A stretch of 32,527 nt of DNA from Abditibacteriaceae bacterium. Lineage in GTDB: Bacteria > Armatimonadota > Abditibacteriia > Abditibacteriales > Abditibacteriaceae. Position numbers and translations under genes: made by a program. Of this stretch, positions 18,717 to 28,278 are shown piece by piece (the stretch's first letter is position 1; the number at the start of each line of letters is the position of its first letter). Under the pieces are notes generated by a model that saw only the letters and a program-made list of their open reading frames with translations, was not told the origin of the DNA and searched no databases. The DNA is taken from assembly GCA_031425655.1 (NCBI GenBank), contig JANPJS010000227.1, positions 1 through 32,527 of the forward strand. Reading direction: 5' to 3'.

Positions 18717-19709
18717 ATGCAATATCGCCGTCTGGCCAAAACCGAAATGGACGTGTCCGTTCTCAGCTTCGGCTGCTGGGCGATTGTGGGCGGCTTCAAC
18801 TGGGGGCCTCAGGACGAAAACGATTCCATCGCCGCGCTGCAAGCCGCCTACGAAGCCGGCGTCAACTTTTACGATTCCGCCGAGGGCTACGGCAGCGGCT
18901 ATTCCGAGCAGCTTTTAGCCAAAGCTTTAGGTGAAGTGCGCGACCAGATTTTCATCGCCACCAAAGCCTCGCCCAACAATTTCGCGCCCGACGATTTGCG
19001 CGCCGCCTGCGAGCGCAGTCTGCAAAACCTGCAAACCGACCACATAGATTTGTATCAATTGCACTGGCCCAACCGCGAAATTCCCATCGCGGAAACGCTG
19101 GGCGTGTTGGACGAATTGAAGGAAGCGGGCAAAATTCGCGCTTACGGCGTGTCGAATTTCGGCCCGCACGACCTCAGCGAAGCCTTGCTGTGCGAGAAGA
19201 CCATCAGCAGCGATCAAATGGCTTATAGCCTGCTTTTTCGCGCCGTGGAACACGTCGTGCAGCCGCTTTGCGTGGCCAATGAAGTCTCGATTTTATGCTA
19301 CTCGCCCTTGATGCAGGGGCTTTTGACCGGCAAATTCGCCACTGCCGCCGATGTGCCCGACGACCGCGCCCGCACCCGCCATTTCAGCAAAGAACGCCTG
19401 CTCGCCAAGCACGAAGAAGCCGGTTTTGAAGCCGAAACCTTCGCGGCCATTGAAGCGATTGGCCTGATTGCCAAGTCCGTCGGTGAAAGCCCGGCTGATC
19501 TCAGTTTGGCGTGGCTTTTGGCGCGCGGCGGCGTGGCCAGCGTGATTGCCGGGGCGCGCAACGCCGAACAAACCCAGCGCAACGTTAGCGCCGCCGAGCT
19601 TACGCTTTCGCCCGATATTATCGCGGCTTTGGACGAAGTCACGCATGGGCTGAAAAAGCGCTTAGGCCCAAATCTCGATATGTGGCAAAGCGTTTCGCGC
19701 ATTCGCTAA
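18717..19709 (+). CDS. Aldo/keto reductase
   Basis: FYDSAEGYG, IATK, IDLYQLHWP, GVSNF and YSPLMQG motifs. Confidence 0.93.
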   Translation: MQYRRLAKTEMDVSVLSFGCWAIVGGFNWGPQDENDSIAALQAAYEAGVNFYDSAEGYGSGYSEQLLAKALGEVRDQIFIATKASPNNFAPDDLRAACERSLQNLQTDHIDLYQLHWPNREIPIAETLGVLDELKEAGKIRAYGVSNFGPHDLSEALLCEKTISSDQMAYSLLFRAVEHVVQPLCVANEVSILCYSPLMQGLLTGKFATAADVPDDRARTRHFSKERLLAKHEEAGFEAETFAAIEAIGLIAKSVGESPADLSLAWLLARGGVASVIAGARNAEQTQRNVSAAELTLSPDIIAALDEVTHGLKKRLGPNLDMWQSVSRIR

Positions 19710-19779
19710 AGTCGGTGCGACGGTGCCACAAAACGAGTGCGGCGCCATCCAAAACCATACTTTTTCAGGAGAATTTCGC

Positions 19780-20625
19780 ATGAAATACACGCAAAAACGC
19801 GCTGTTTTGATGATTGGACTGGCCGTTGTCGGCGGCGCGACGTTGAAACTGTGCGCGCAAAACATTCCGAACTTAGGCGGCTATCAGGACACGCCGCTTG
19901 TTCCCGGCACAGCTTGGCACGTCCACGACAATTTGCGCCCGCAACCCGAAATCGTGACACCCGGCACGTTTTCCACGCCCGATGTGCCCGGCAAGCCGCC
20001 CTCGGATGCGACTGTGCTTTTTGACGGCACCGATTTATCGAAATGGCGCGCCGGCAACGGCGATGCGGCTCCGTGGACGGTAGAAAACGACTATTTTCAG
20101 GTCAAACCGAAAACCGGCGACATTTCCACGCGCGAGGAATTTGGCGACTGCCAACTACACATCGAGTGGAGCGCGCCGCTTCCGGCAACCGGCAATAGTC
20201 AGGGGCGCGGCAACAGCGGTTTGTTCTTCTTTGGTCGCTACGAAGTTCAGATTTTGGACAATTTCCAGAATCCAACTTATGCCGACGGCACGGCGGGCGC
20301 GATTTATGGCCAATCGCCGCCGCAAGTCAACGCGGTGCGGGCGCCCGGCGAATGGAACGTCTACGACATCATCTGGCAGGGGCCGCGCTTCAAAGACGGC
20401 AAATTGGAGAAACCGGCATACGTCACGATTTTGGTCAATGGCGTGGTCGTGCAAAACCATACCATGCTTATCGGCGACACGCCTTTTAGAAACGTCGGCA
20501 AATACAATCCACACGGCGAAAAAGGCTCGATTCGCCTGCAAGATCACAACAATCCGATGCGCTTCCGCAATATCTGGATTCGCCCTCTGAAAACCGTCGA
20601 ACAGCCGACTTTGGCCACGCCATAA
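19780..20625 (+). CDS. DUF1080 / 3-keto-disaccharide hydrolase family protein, exported
   Basis: AGGAG RBS; signal peptide; LFDGTDLSKW, GNSG, YEVQILD and LQDH...FRNIWIRPL motifs. Confidence 0.9.
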   Translation: MKYTQKRAVLMIGLAVVGGATLKLCAQNIPNLGGYQDTPLVPGTAWHVHDNLRPQPEIVTPGTFSTPDVPGKPPSDATVLFDGTDLSKWRAGNGDAAPWTVENDYFQVKPKTGDISTREEFGDCQLHIEWSAPLPATGNSQGRGNSGLFFFGRYEVQILDNFQNPTYADGTAGAIYGQSPPQVNAVRAPGEWNVYDIIWQGPRFKDGKLEKPAYVTILVNGVVVQNHTMLIGDTPFRNVGKYNPHGEKGSIRLQDHNNPMRFRNIWIRPLKTVEQPTLATP

Positions 20626-20632
20626 AAGTTTT

Positions 20633-20746
20633 AATAGAACACGGCGGCTTCGCCGACACGGAAACGGCACGGGTTTTCGCAGATCAATCCAAAAAATCCG
20701 TGTAAATCCCCGCCGTTTCCGTGTAGCGAAGCTCCGTGTTCCATTG
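20633..20746. repeat. Miniature inverted-repeat element (CACGGATT family), copy 2, core inverted relative to copy 1
   Basis: Shares gccgtttccgYgtagcgaagctccgtgttccattgaaa with copy 1; its central loop is the near reverse complement of the copy 1 loop. Confidence 0.85.
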
Positions 20747-20767
20747 AAAGTCATTCTTCAAAACCCA

Positions 20768-21646
20768 ATGAAAATTTTCCTTCTTCTCGTTACCCTGTTT
20801 GGCATGACCTTGATTTCTGACGCTCAAACGCCGTCTTTCCCGCTGTGGCCGAACGGCGCGCCGGGCACGCTCGGCACAGCCGACAAAGACATTCCCACAC
20901 TGACGCCGTTTTTACCGGTGCCCGAAAAAGCCAGCGGCGCCGCAATTGTCGTCTGTCCCGGCGGCGGCTACGGCGGTTTGGCGGGCCACGAGGGCAAAGA
21001 TTACGCGCTGTGGCTCAACGAACTGGGCATCGCGGCCTTTGTGCTGAAATATCGGCTCGGTTCGGGCGGCTATCGCCATCCGATTATGCTGCAAGACGCC
21101 GCGCGTGCTATTCGCACTGTTCGCGCGCGGGCCGAAGAATGGAAACTCGACCCGAAACGCATCGGCGTCATGGGTTCGTCGGCAGGCGGGCACTTGGCTT
21201 CGACGATTATGACGCACTTCGATGCCGGCGACGCGAACAGCGCCGACCCGATTGAAAAAGTGAGTTCTCGCCCCGACATTGGTATTCTCTGCTACGCCGT
21301 CATCAGCATGACCGACGAACTAACACACGGCGGCTCAAAGCAAAATCTGCTGGGAAAGAATCCCGATGCGGAACTGGTGAAGCTGCTTTCCAACGAATTG
21401 CAAGTCACCAAAGACACGCCGCCGGCTTTCATCTGGCACACCGCCGATGATGGCGCTGTGAAAGTCGAAAACAGCCTGCAATTCGCGCTCGCACTCCGCA
21501 AAAACGCGGTGCCGTTTTCGCTTCACGTTTATCCGAATGGTCGCCATGGATTGGGTTTGGGCGCACCGATTGACAAGCCCGAAAATCGCTTGCCGTGGGT
21601 TGGCGAATGCGCGTTGTGGCTCAAGCAAATGGGCTTTGTAAAATAA
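20768..21646 (+). CDS. Alpha/beta hydrolase (acetyl-esterase/BD-FAE-like)
   Basis: PGGGY oxyanion loop, GSSAGG nucleophile elbow, D and HG catalytic residues; signal peptide. Confidence 0.9.
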   Translation: MKIFLLLVTLFGMTLISDAQTPSFPLWPNGAPGTLGTADKDIPTLTPFLPVPEKASGAAIVVCPGGGYGGLAGHEGKDYALWLNELGIAAFVLKYRLGSGGYRHPIMLQDAARAIRTVRARAEEWKLDPKRIGVMGSSAGGHLASTIMTHFDAGDANSADPIEKVSSRPDIGILCYAVISMTDELTHGGSKQNLLGKNPDAELVKLLSNELQVTKDTPPAFIWHTADDGAVKVENSLQFALALRKNAVPFSLHVYPNGRHGLGLGAPIDKPENRLPWVGECALWLKQMGFVK

Positions 21647-21664
21647 GAATTGAAGAGGCCGACG

Positions 21665-22102
21665 ATGCACACGCCCGCGACGATTTTCGACAAAACCGAA
21701 AAAGACAGGAATAAATTCTCCTGTTGGGACTGGGGGGCCACGTTTCTGTATTTGGTCGCGGCAGTTTTTGCGGGCGGTTATTGTGCAGGTCAGAGTCTCT
21801 TGAAGGTTTCGTTTTTGTTTGAACGCAAGACAGAAATCACGCGGTTTGGTGTTAATCGCTACTTTGGTGATTTGGTGAGCTGCTCCCTGAATTGGAGGGA
21901 GGTTTCCGGCGTTGAAGTTGATCGGGAACACCAAAAAATCATCGTTACAGGCACGAAGAAAGGTAAAAAGCGCCCGATTTCTATCGTTGTCAAATGCCCG
22001 AACGGCGAATTGGACGAAGCGCTTTCTCTTATCTCCAAACAACTACCGGCCTCCGCAAACATCACCTTGCCAAAGTCCGATTTGGGCGTGCCTGTCGTTT
22101 GA
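21665..22102 (+). CDS. Hypothetical protein with one N-terminal TM and possible PH-like domain
   Basis: Fills the gap between flanking genes; GAGG upstream of ATG 21665; visibly AT-richer than neighbours. Confidence 0.55.
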   Translation: MHTPATIFDKTEKDRNKFSCWDWGATFLYLVAAVFAGGYCAGQSLLKVSFLFERKTEITRFGVNRYFGDLVSCSLNWREVSGVEVDREHQKIIVTGTKKGKKRPISIVVKCPNGELDEALSLISKQLPASANITLPKSDLGVPVV

Positions 22103-22103
22103 T

Positions 22104-23090
22104 TCACGCCATCGTTTTCAGCATTTCCAATGTCACTGAGTAGCGCAACGCATCGCCACGTTGCCATCGCGTGAACTCCTCAATGACGTAATCGGCCATT
22201 CGCACCACTTCGTCGCCTAATGAGCCGGCGATGTGCGAACTTAGTTGCACGTTGGGTAGCGAATAGAGCGGCGAACCGGCAATTGGCGGTTCGGGATGCG
22301 TTACGTCTAATAGCGCGGTTAAATCGGGGCGCGCTTTCAAAACGCGAATCAGGCCCTCTTCGTCAACCGTTGCGCCGCGCCCAGTATTGATAAAAGTAGC
22401 GCCCGGCGGCAGGGCCGCGAAATACTCTTCGCGCAGCAATTTTACGGTTTGCGGCAGGTTTGCCAAGTGGTTGCTGACGACATTGGCCCGCGCAAACGCT
22501 TCGTCTAAGGTCACTTTCTGCACGCCAAGCGAAATTGCGTCGGCATCTTCCAAAAACGGGTCAAAAACCAAGATTTTGAGGTGAAAAGGGCGCAATAATT
22601 CGATGACCATGCGGCCAATCGCGCCCGCTCCGAGAAGCGCGGCGCTCGCGCCGAAATTGCCCGGCCCGTGCGGCGCTGTGCGGCGATGTTCGGGCGACAA
22701 AAAAGCGCGCGAGTTTTGAAAATAGCCTTTATTGGCCAGCAGAATTTGCCCCAGCGTGAACTCGGCAACCGGCACTCCGTTCGCCTGCCATGCGCTAACG
22801 ACCTGGATTCCGCGTTCCAAAAACGGACGTGCGAAGCCTTGAACGCTGCCCGCCGCGTAAAAGACAATCTTCAAATTTGGCAGCAAATCCAACTGCGCGG
22901 CTTCGAGGCGCGGCATTCCCCATGTCGAGAAAATCGCTTCGAGATCGCGTAAATGCGGCGCATGAGCGGCTAAATCGGCGCCGACAACGTGCGGATAAAG
23001 CCGCGTGTGCGCCTCGATTTGCGCGCGGCGGCCCTGCGCGAAAACGCGGTCAATTTGCTTTCCTTCTCCGAAAAAAGCGACGGATGTCAT
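22104..23090 (-). CDS. D-isomer-specific 2-hydroxyacid dehydrogenase family protein
   Basis: GAGAIG, INTGRG, LDV and HIAG motifs. Confidence 0.9.
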   Translation of the reverse strand: MTSVAFFGEGKQIDRVFAQGRRAQIEAHTRLYPHVVGADLAAHAPHLRDLEAIFSTWGMPRLEAAQLDLLPNLKIVFYAAGSVQGFARPFLERGIQVVSAWQANGVPVAEFTLGQILLANKGYFQNSRAFLSPEHRRTAPHGPGNFGASAALLGAGAIGRMVIELLRPFHLKILVFDPFLEDADAISLGVQKVTLDEAFARANVVSNHLANLPQTVKLLREEYFAALPPGATFINTGRGATVDEEGLIRVLKARPDLTALLDVTHPEPPIAGSPLYSLPNVQLSSHIAGSLGDEVVRMADYVIEEFTRWQRGDALRYSVTLEMLKTMA

Positions 23091-23120
23091 TGGCTTCCTG
23101 TTTACACCAAACTAAGCGCC

Positions 23121-24089
23121 ATGATTGGCATTGTTGGCGCGGGAATTTGCGGTTTGATGGCGGCGCGCGAACTCACCGCGCGCGGCCACCGTGTCGCGCT
23201 GTGGGACAAAGCGCGCGGCGTCGGCGGGCGCATGGCGACGCGGCGCATTGAAAGCGCGGTTTTCGATCATGGAGCGCAATTTTTTACGGCGCGTTCTCCT
23301 GAATTTTCGGCCTTGTTAGATGAATTTATGGCCGCAGACGCCGCGCGCGAATGGTTTCGCGGCTTTCCCTCCGAGGAAGTTGAAAAGTCAGAGCGCCATC
23401 CGCGTTTTTGCGGCGTGGGCGGCATGACTGATGTGCCGAAATTCCTATCGCGCGGCCTGGATATTCATTTGGGCAAAGCTGTTTCGTGCGTGACGCGGCA
23501 GTGCGGCAAATGGCAAATCACAGCGGGCGCCACTTACGAAGTGGATAGCCTGATTCTCACGCCGCCCGTCCCACAAAGTTTGGCTTTGTTAGATGCCGGA
23601 GATTTCCAACTGCCCGATGACATCCGCAGCGCGCTGGAATGCATTTCCTACGAGCCTTGCTGGGCGGTTTTAGTCCAACTCGATGGGCCAAGTTGCGTTC
23701 CATTTTCGGGCGCGCGGCAACTGGAAAACGGCCCGATTTCGTGGATCGCCGATAATTATCAAAAGGGCATTTCGCCGCGTCCGGGCGCAATCACCATTCA
23801 CGCGCGCGGCGATTGGAGCCGCGCGCACTTCGACGACACGCCTGAAGCGGTTATCGCGTTTTTGCTGCACGAAGCGCACGATTATTTAGGCGCCAACGTC
23901 ATCGCGGCCCAAGCGCATCGCTGGCGCTTTGCCAAGCCGGAAGTTTTGCACGACGCGCCTTGTTTATGGGCGCAAGATTCAGGATTGGTGTTTGCCGGCG
24001 ACGCTTTCGGAGGCTCAAAAGTCGAAGGCGCCGTGCTGTCGGGGTTGGCGGCGGCGCGTTGTTTAAATGAAAGGGAAAACCATGTTTAA
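23121..24089 (+). CDS. Renalase-like FAD/NAD(P)-dependent oxidoreductase
   Basis: GAGICG, DKARGVGGRMATRR, FDHGAQFF, HRWRFAKP and GDAFGGSKVEGAVLSG; start at ATG 23121. Confidence 0.88.
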   Translation: MIGIVGAGICGLMAARELTARGHRVALWDKARGVGGRMATRRIESAVFDHGAQFFTARSPEFSALLDEFMAADAAREWFRGFPSEEVEKSERHPRFCGVGGMTDVPKFLSRGLDIHLGKAVSCVTRQCGKWQITAGATYEVDSLILTPPVPQSLALLDAGDFQLPDDIRSALECISYEPCWAVLVQLDGPSCVPFSGARQLENGPISWIADNYQKGISPRPGAITIHARGDWSRAHFDDTPEAVIAFLLHEAHDYLGANVIAAQAHRWRFAKPEVLHDAPCLWAQDSGLVFAGDAFGGSKVEGAVLSGLAAARCLNERENHV

Positions 24090-25011
24090 TTTGGGATTTT
24101 TTAAAGGCTTGCCGACGGAATACATCATTCGTTATCAGTCGGGCCGCGTCACCAAAAAAGGGCCGGGACTGGCGTTTTATTATTTGCGCCACAACACGCA
24201 AATCGTCGCCGTGCCGACCAGTTCAACGGACGGCAATTTCGTTTTCAACGAAGTCACGCAAAACTTTCAGGCGGTCACGATTCAAGGGCAGTTCACTTAT
24301 CGCATCGCATCGCCCGAAGTCGCGGCGGCGCTGCTGAATTTCACGATGAATCCGGGCAATCGCGCTTATATTTCCAACGACCCGGAGCGCGTGCCGCAAC
24401 GCATCGCCAACGTGATTCAAATGCAAACGCGCGGCGAAATCCAGAGCCGCGATTTGGAAGCCGCCATCCGCGATTCGCAGCTTATCGCCGCGCAAGTGCT
24501 CAGCACCATCCAGAATCAGGGCTTGCTGGCAACGCTCGGCGTGGAACTGCTCAGCGTTTACTTTCTGGCCGCCAAACCGGCGCCGGAAATGAGTAAGGCG
24601 CTCGAAGCGCCGTATCGAGAAGGCTTGTTGCGCCGCGCTGACGAAGCGATTTATGCGCGCCGCGCCAGTGCCGTCGAAGAAGAGCGCAAGATCAAGCAAA
24701 ACGAGCTGAATACCGAGGTGCTTCTCGAAGATCAACGGCGCGGGCTTATTGATTTGCAAAGCGCCAACGCGGTGCAGGAAGCCGAATCGCGCGGTCGCGC
24801 CTTGGAAACCGAAGCCGCCTTTCGCGCCCGTTCGACGCAAATGGAATTAGACGTTTTCAAGACGCTCGACCCGCGTTTGGTTTTGGCGCTTGGCATCCGC
24901 GAATTGGGCCAGAACGCCGAAAAAATCGGCAATTTGAACATCACGCCGGAAATACTTTCGTCGCTTTTGCAAGTGCAGGAGCAAGCGCCGCACGGCGACG
25001 CAGAAGCGTAA
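24082..25011 (+). CDS. SPFH/band-7 domain protein
   Basis: GPGLAFYY, FQAVTIQGQFTYRI, C-terminal coiled coil, IGNLNITPE; overlaps upstream gene by 8 nt. Confidence 0.85.
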   Translation: MFNLGFFKGLPTEYIIRYQSGRVTKKGPGLAFYYLRHNTQIVAVPTSSTDGNFVFNEVTQNFQAVTIQGQFTYRIASPEVAAALLNFTMNPGNRAYISNDPERVPQRIANVIQMQTRGEIQSRDLEAAIRDSQLIAAQVLSTIQNQGLLATLGVELLSVYFLAAKPAPEMSKALEAPYREGLLRRADEAIYARRASAVEEERKIKQNELNTEVLLEDQRRGLIDLQSANAVQEAESRGRALETEAAFRARSTQMELDVFKTLDPRLVLALGIRELGQNAEKIGNLNITPEILSSLLQVQEQAPHGDAEA

Positions 25012-25020
25012 ACTAAAGCT

Positions 25021-25233
25021 ATGAATGTTGTTTCTCAAATGAAATTAGACAAAACCGCGTTTTCGGTCGGCTCGCTTTACGATGAGCCGGACGAGCGCGA
25101 ATTCTGGTGGAGCAAAACGCCGCAGGAGCGTTGGTCGGCGATGGAATTTCTGCGCCAACTCAATTATGGATACGATCCCGATACCGCCCGACTTGAAAGA
25201 GTTCTTGAAATTGTTGAATGCGAAATCCGTTGA
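25021..25233 (+). CDS. Small protein, putative partner/antitoxin of the nucleotidyltransferase
   Basis: LDKTAFSV...FWWSKTPQERWSAMEFLRQLNYGYD...RLERVLEIVE; start may be 25021 or 25039. Confidence 0.7.
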   Translation: MNVVSQMKLDKTAFSVGSLYDEPDEREFWWSKTPQERWSAMEFLRQLNYGYDPDTARLERVLEIVECEIR

Positions 25234-25615
25234 ATATCTGCTCATCGGTGGCTACGCGGTCGGTTATCACGGCTATGTGCGCGCAACCGGCGATATGGAT
25301 GTATGGATTGCTACAAATCTCGAAAACGCGGAGAAAATGGCCTCGCTGCTGCGCGAATTTGGTTTTAAGACACCCGATTTATCGCCGGAATTATTCAATA
25401 AGCCGCACAGCCTTGTGCGAATGGGTGTGCCACCGTTTCGTATTGAAATTCTCACCACGATTTCCGGCGTCGAATTTTCCGAGTGCTACGCGGCGCACGT
25501 CGAAGATATTTTAGATGGCGTTCCGGTGAAAATCATTGGCCTCAGCCACCTGAAAATCAACAAGCGAGCCAGCGGGCGCCTCAAAGATTTGGCCGACCTC
25601 GAAAACCTGCCTTAA
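25166..25615 (+). CDS. Minimal nucleotidyltransferase (DUF6036-like)
   Basis: YLLIGGYAVGYHGYVRATGDMD (GG..DxD) and NKRASGRLKDLADLE; ATG at 25166. Confidence 0.85.
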   Translation: MDTIPIPPDLKEFLKLLNAKSVEYLLIGGYAVGYHGYVRATGDMDVWIATNLENAEKMASLLREFGFKTPDLSPELFNKPHSLVRMGVPPFRIEILTTISGVEFSECYAAHVEDILDGVPVKIIGLSHLKINKRASGRLKDLADLENLP

Positions 25616-25620
25616 CACTC

Positions 25621-26580
25621 ATGCCGTCGCACGAAAAGCTCGTCGTTATCACCAAAAAGACCGCGCTCGAAGAACTGGTCGAACGCTTCAACACGCGCGA
25701 ACAGGCACGCTTTTATTTGGAGCAAATGGGCGTGGCCTTCGAGGAATATGAGGCGGCGCACGATAGGTATCAACAATCCAAAGAGTTGCTCAAAGCCGCG
25801 ATGCCGCAAGGCGTGCGGACGCAGTGGATCGAGCGCGAATTTCTGCCGACTTTCACTTTTGGCAGTGAGGATTTAATCGTCGCGCTTGGCCCCGACGGCT
25901 TGGTCGTTAATACGGCGAAATATCTCGACGGACAGCCGCTTTTGGCCTTTAATCCCGACGTGTGGCATATTGACGGCGTGCTGTTGCCTTTTGCCGTCGG
26001 GCACGCTCATGCTGCGCTGCCGCAAATCGTTACGGGAAATTATCAGGTCGCGCCGGTTACAATGGCGCAAGCCACGCTCAACGACGGGCAAACGCTGTTG
26101 GCTTTAAACGATTTATTCATCGGCGCCAAAAGCCACGTTTCGGCGCGTTATGAAATCCGGCACGGCGGGCAAAGCGAAGCGCATTCGTCCAGCGGCCTGA
26201 TTGTGGCAACCGGCGCCGGCTCGACCGGCTGGTGGCGTTCGATTCTCACCGGCGCGGCGCGCATCGCGCAGGCGCACGGCGGGTCTGTGCCCCATGTGAG
26301 CGTTGACCAAAACACGGGGCGTATTACGGACAATTATCGCTTCGATTGGAGCGCTGACGAATTGCGCTTCGCCGTGCGCGAACCGTTTATCAGCAAAACC
26401 TCGGCGGCGAATTTAGTGTGCGGTGCATTGCGCGGCGACGAAACGCTGCAAATCGTCTCGCGGATGCCGCAAAACGGCGTGATTTTCAGCGATGGCGTCG
26501 AAGAAGACTTTCTCGAATTCAATGCAGGCGCGATTGCCACCATCGGCATCTCTTCTAAAAAACTACGCCTTATCGTTTAG
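25621..26580 (+). CDS. Divergent NAD kinase-like protein
   Basis: LGPDG (variant of GGDG), LALND and SSGLIVATGAGSTGW motifs; ATG at 25621. Confidence 0.8.
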   Translation: MPSHEKLVVITKKTALEELVERFNTREQARFYLEQMGVAFEEYEAAHDRYQQSKELLKAAMPQGVRTQWIEREFLPTFTFGSEDLIVALGPDGLVVNTAKYLDGQPLLAFNPDVWHIDGVLLPFAVGHAHAALPQIVTGNYQVAPVTMAQATLNDGQTLLALNDLFIGAKSHVSARYEIRHGGQSEAHSSSGLIVATGAGSTGWWRSILTGAARIAQAHGGSVPHVSVDQNTGRITDNYRFDWSADELRFAVREPFISKTSAANLVCGALRGDETLQIVSRMPQNGVIFSDGVEEDFLEFNAGAIATIGISSKKLRLIV

Positions 26581-26581
26581 T

Positions 26582-26674
26582 TTTCTCGCAAAGACGCAAA
26601 GGCGCAAAGGGTTAGGTATTTCAGGAGAGACTTGGTTGAAAATGCCTTTATCTTCTTTGCGCCTTTGCGAGAAA
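26582..26674. repeat. Inverted repeat built of CGCAAAG octamers between convergent genes
   Basis: tttctcgcaaagacgcaaaggcgcaaag ... ctttgcgcctttgcgagaaa. Confidence 0.75.
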
Positions 26675-26675
26675 C

Positions 26676-28073
26676 CTAAAATTTCACAACCTGCCGCGCT
26701 TTCTCTAATTGCTCGCGCACACGAACCGGCGCCGTCCCGCCGTAACTGGTGCGCGCCGCCACGCTGGATTCGACGGTTGCGGCTTCAAGCACATCTTCGC
26801 CGAAACGCGCATCAAGGCTGTGCCACTCGATATAAAGCAGCTCGTCGAGTTGGCGTTTGCGCTCCTCGCAGTAGTTCACAACTTCTCCCACGACTTCGTG
26901 GGCTTCGCGGAACGGGACGCCTTTGCGAACTAAATAATCGGCGACATCCGTTGCCGTTGAAAAGCCGCCGCCCGCCGCCGATTTCATTTTTGCTGTGTGA
27001 AACGTGACCGATTCCAGCACGCCGCGCGCGATTTGCAAACTCGCCAAAACCGTATCGAAGGCGTCGAAAAGCGGCTCTTTGTCTTCCTGCAAGTCGCGGT
27101 TATAAGTCAGCGGCAGGCCTTTGACGAGCATCATCAGCGCGTTTAAATCGCCAACGACGCGGGCCGATTTACCCCTGATCAATTCCATCGAATCGGGATT
27201 CTTCTTTTGCGGCATGATCGAAGAACCCGTCGCAAAGCGTTCGTGCAGCGTCACGAAACCGAATTCGGGCGCGCTCCACAGCACCAATTCTTCGGCCAGA
27301 CGCGATAAATGCAAGGCGATTAAAGCGAGCGCCGAGACACTTTCGATGAGATGATCGCGGTCGGCGACGGTGTCCATCGAATTTTCGGAAATCGAAGCGA
27401 AACCGAGCTGTGCCGCGACGAAATGGCGGTCAATCGGGAAGGTTGTGCCCGCTAAAGCCGCCGCGCCCAAAGGCAAAATGTTGGCGCGGCTGTAGCATTC
27501 GCCCAAGCGCTCGACATCACGCTGGAACATCCAGAAATAAGCCAATAAATGATGCGCCAACAAAACCGGCTGCGCGCGTTGCAGATGCGTATAACCCGGC
27601 AAAATCGCGTCAATATGCTCGTCGGAGCGCTTAATCAGCGCGTTTTGCACGTCGCGCAGGCCGTTTTTGGCCTCGACAAGCGCGTCTTTGAGATACAAGC
27701 GCACGTCCAACGCAATTTGGTCGTTGCGCGAGCGCGCCGTGTGCAGTTTTCCCGCGACCGGGCCGATGCGAAGCGTTAAATTGCGCTCGACGAACGAGTG
27801 AATATCTTCGTCCGGCGCATCGTCGAAAGTCAGCGTGCGCGCGTGTAAATCGTCGCCCAAAGCACGCAATCCTGCGACGATTTGCGCGCCGTCTTCAACG
27901 GAAATGGCGCCGACGCGCGACAACATTTCGGCGTGCGCGATGGAACCGCGAATGTCATACTGCCACAGTCGCGCGTCAACGGGCAGCGACGTGGAAAAAC
28001 GGGCCATCGCTTCGTCCGGCGCATTGGAGAAGCGACCGCCCCAGAGAGCTTTTGTGCTCAAATTAGTGTTCAT
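26676..28073 (-). CDS. argH: Argininosuccinate lyase
   Basis: LWGGRF, HTARSRNDQ, PGYTHLQRAQP, GSSIMPQKKNPD and YNRDLQEDKE motifs. Confidence 0.97.
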   Translation of the reverse strand: MNTNLSTKALWGGRFSNAPDEAMARFSTSLPVDARLWQYDIRGSIAHAEMLSRVGAISVEDGAQIVAGLRALGDDLHARTLTFDDAPDEDIHSFVERNLTLRIGPVAGKLHTARSRNDQIALDVRLYLKDALVEAKNGLRDVQNALIKRSDEHIDAILPGYTHLQRAQPVLLAHHLLAYFWMFQRDVERLGECYSRANILPLGAAALAGTTFPIDRHFVAAQLGFASISENSMDTVADRDHLIESVSALALIALHLSRLAEELVLWSAPEFGFVTLHERFATGSSIMPQKKNPDSMELIRGKSARVVGDLNALMMLVKGLPLTYNRDLQEDKEPLFDAFDTVLASLQIARGVLESVTFHTAKMKSAAGGGFSTATDVADYLVRKGVPFREAHEVVGEVVNYCEERKRQLDELLYIEWHSLDARFGEDVLEAATVESSVAARTSYGGTAPVRVREQLEKARQVVKF

Positions 28074-28133
28074 GGCGCTTTTATTTTAACAGCCAACCTC
28101 GCTCCGGCCCCGCGCCGCGTGCGCGTTGGCTTT

Positions 28134-28171
28134 GCGCCCTGATTGCTGCCCGGCAGCTCAGGGCGCTTTTT
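28134..28171 (+). terminator. Terminator-like hairpin upstream of mgtE
   Basis: gcgccctga/tcagggcgc stem enclosing gctgcccggcagc, followed by T5. Confidence 0.55.
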
Positions 28172-28175
28172 ATTG

Positions 28176-28278
28176 AGGGATGAGGGCGGAAGGATGAGGG
28201 ATGAAGTTAGGCGCTTCGCGCCGTCGGAACGGGTGCCGCAGGCGCTTTTTCATCCCTCATCCTTCCGCCCTCATCCCT
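28176..28278. repeat. Perfect 30-bp inverted repeat built from GGATGAG heptamers
   Basis: 28176-28205 agggatgagggcggaaggatgagggatgaa pairs exactly with 28249-28278. Confidence 0.85.

Noticed and set aside
25021..25615. Frameshifted single gene or pseudogene
   Set aside because: Both ORFs look complete, each with its own start and family-like motifs; overlap is the simpler explanation
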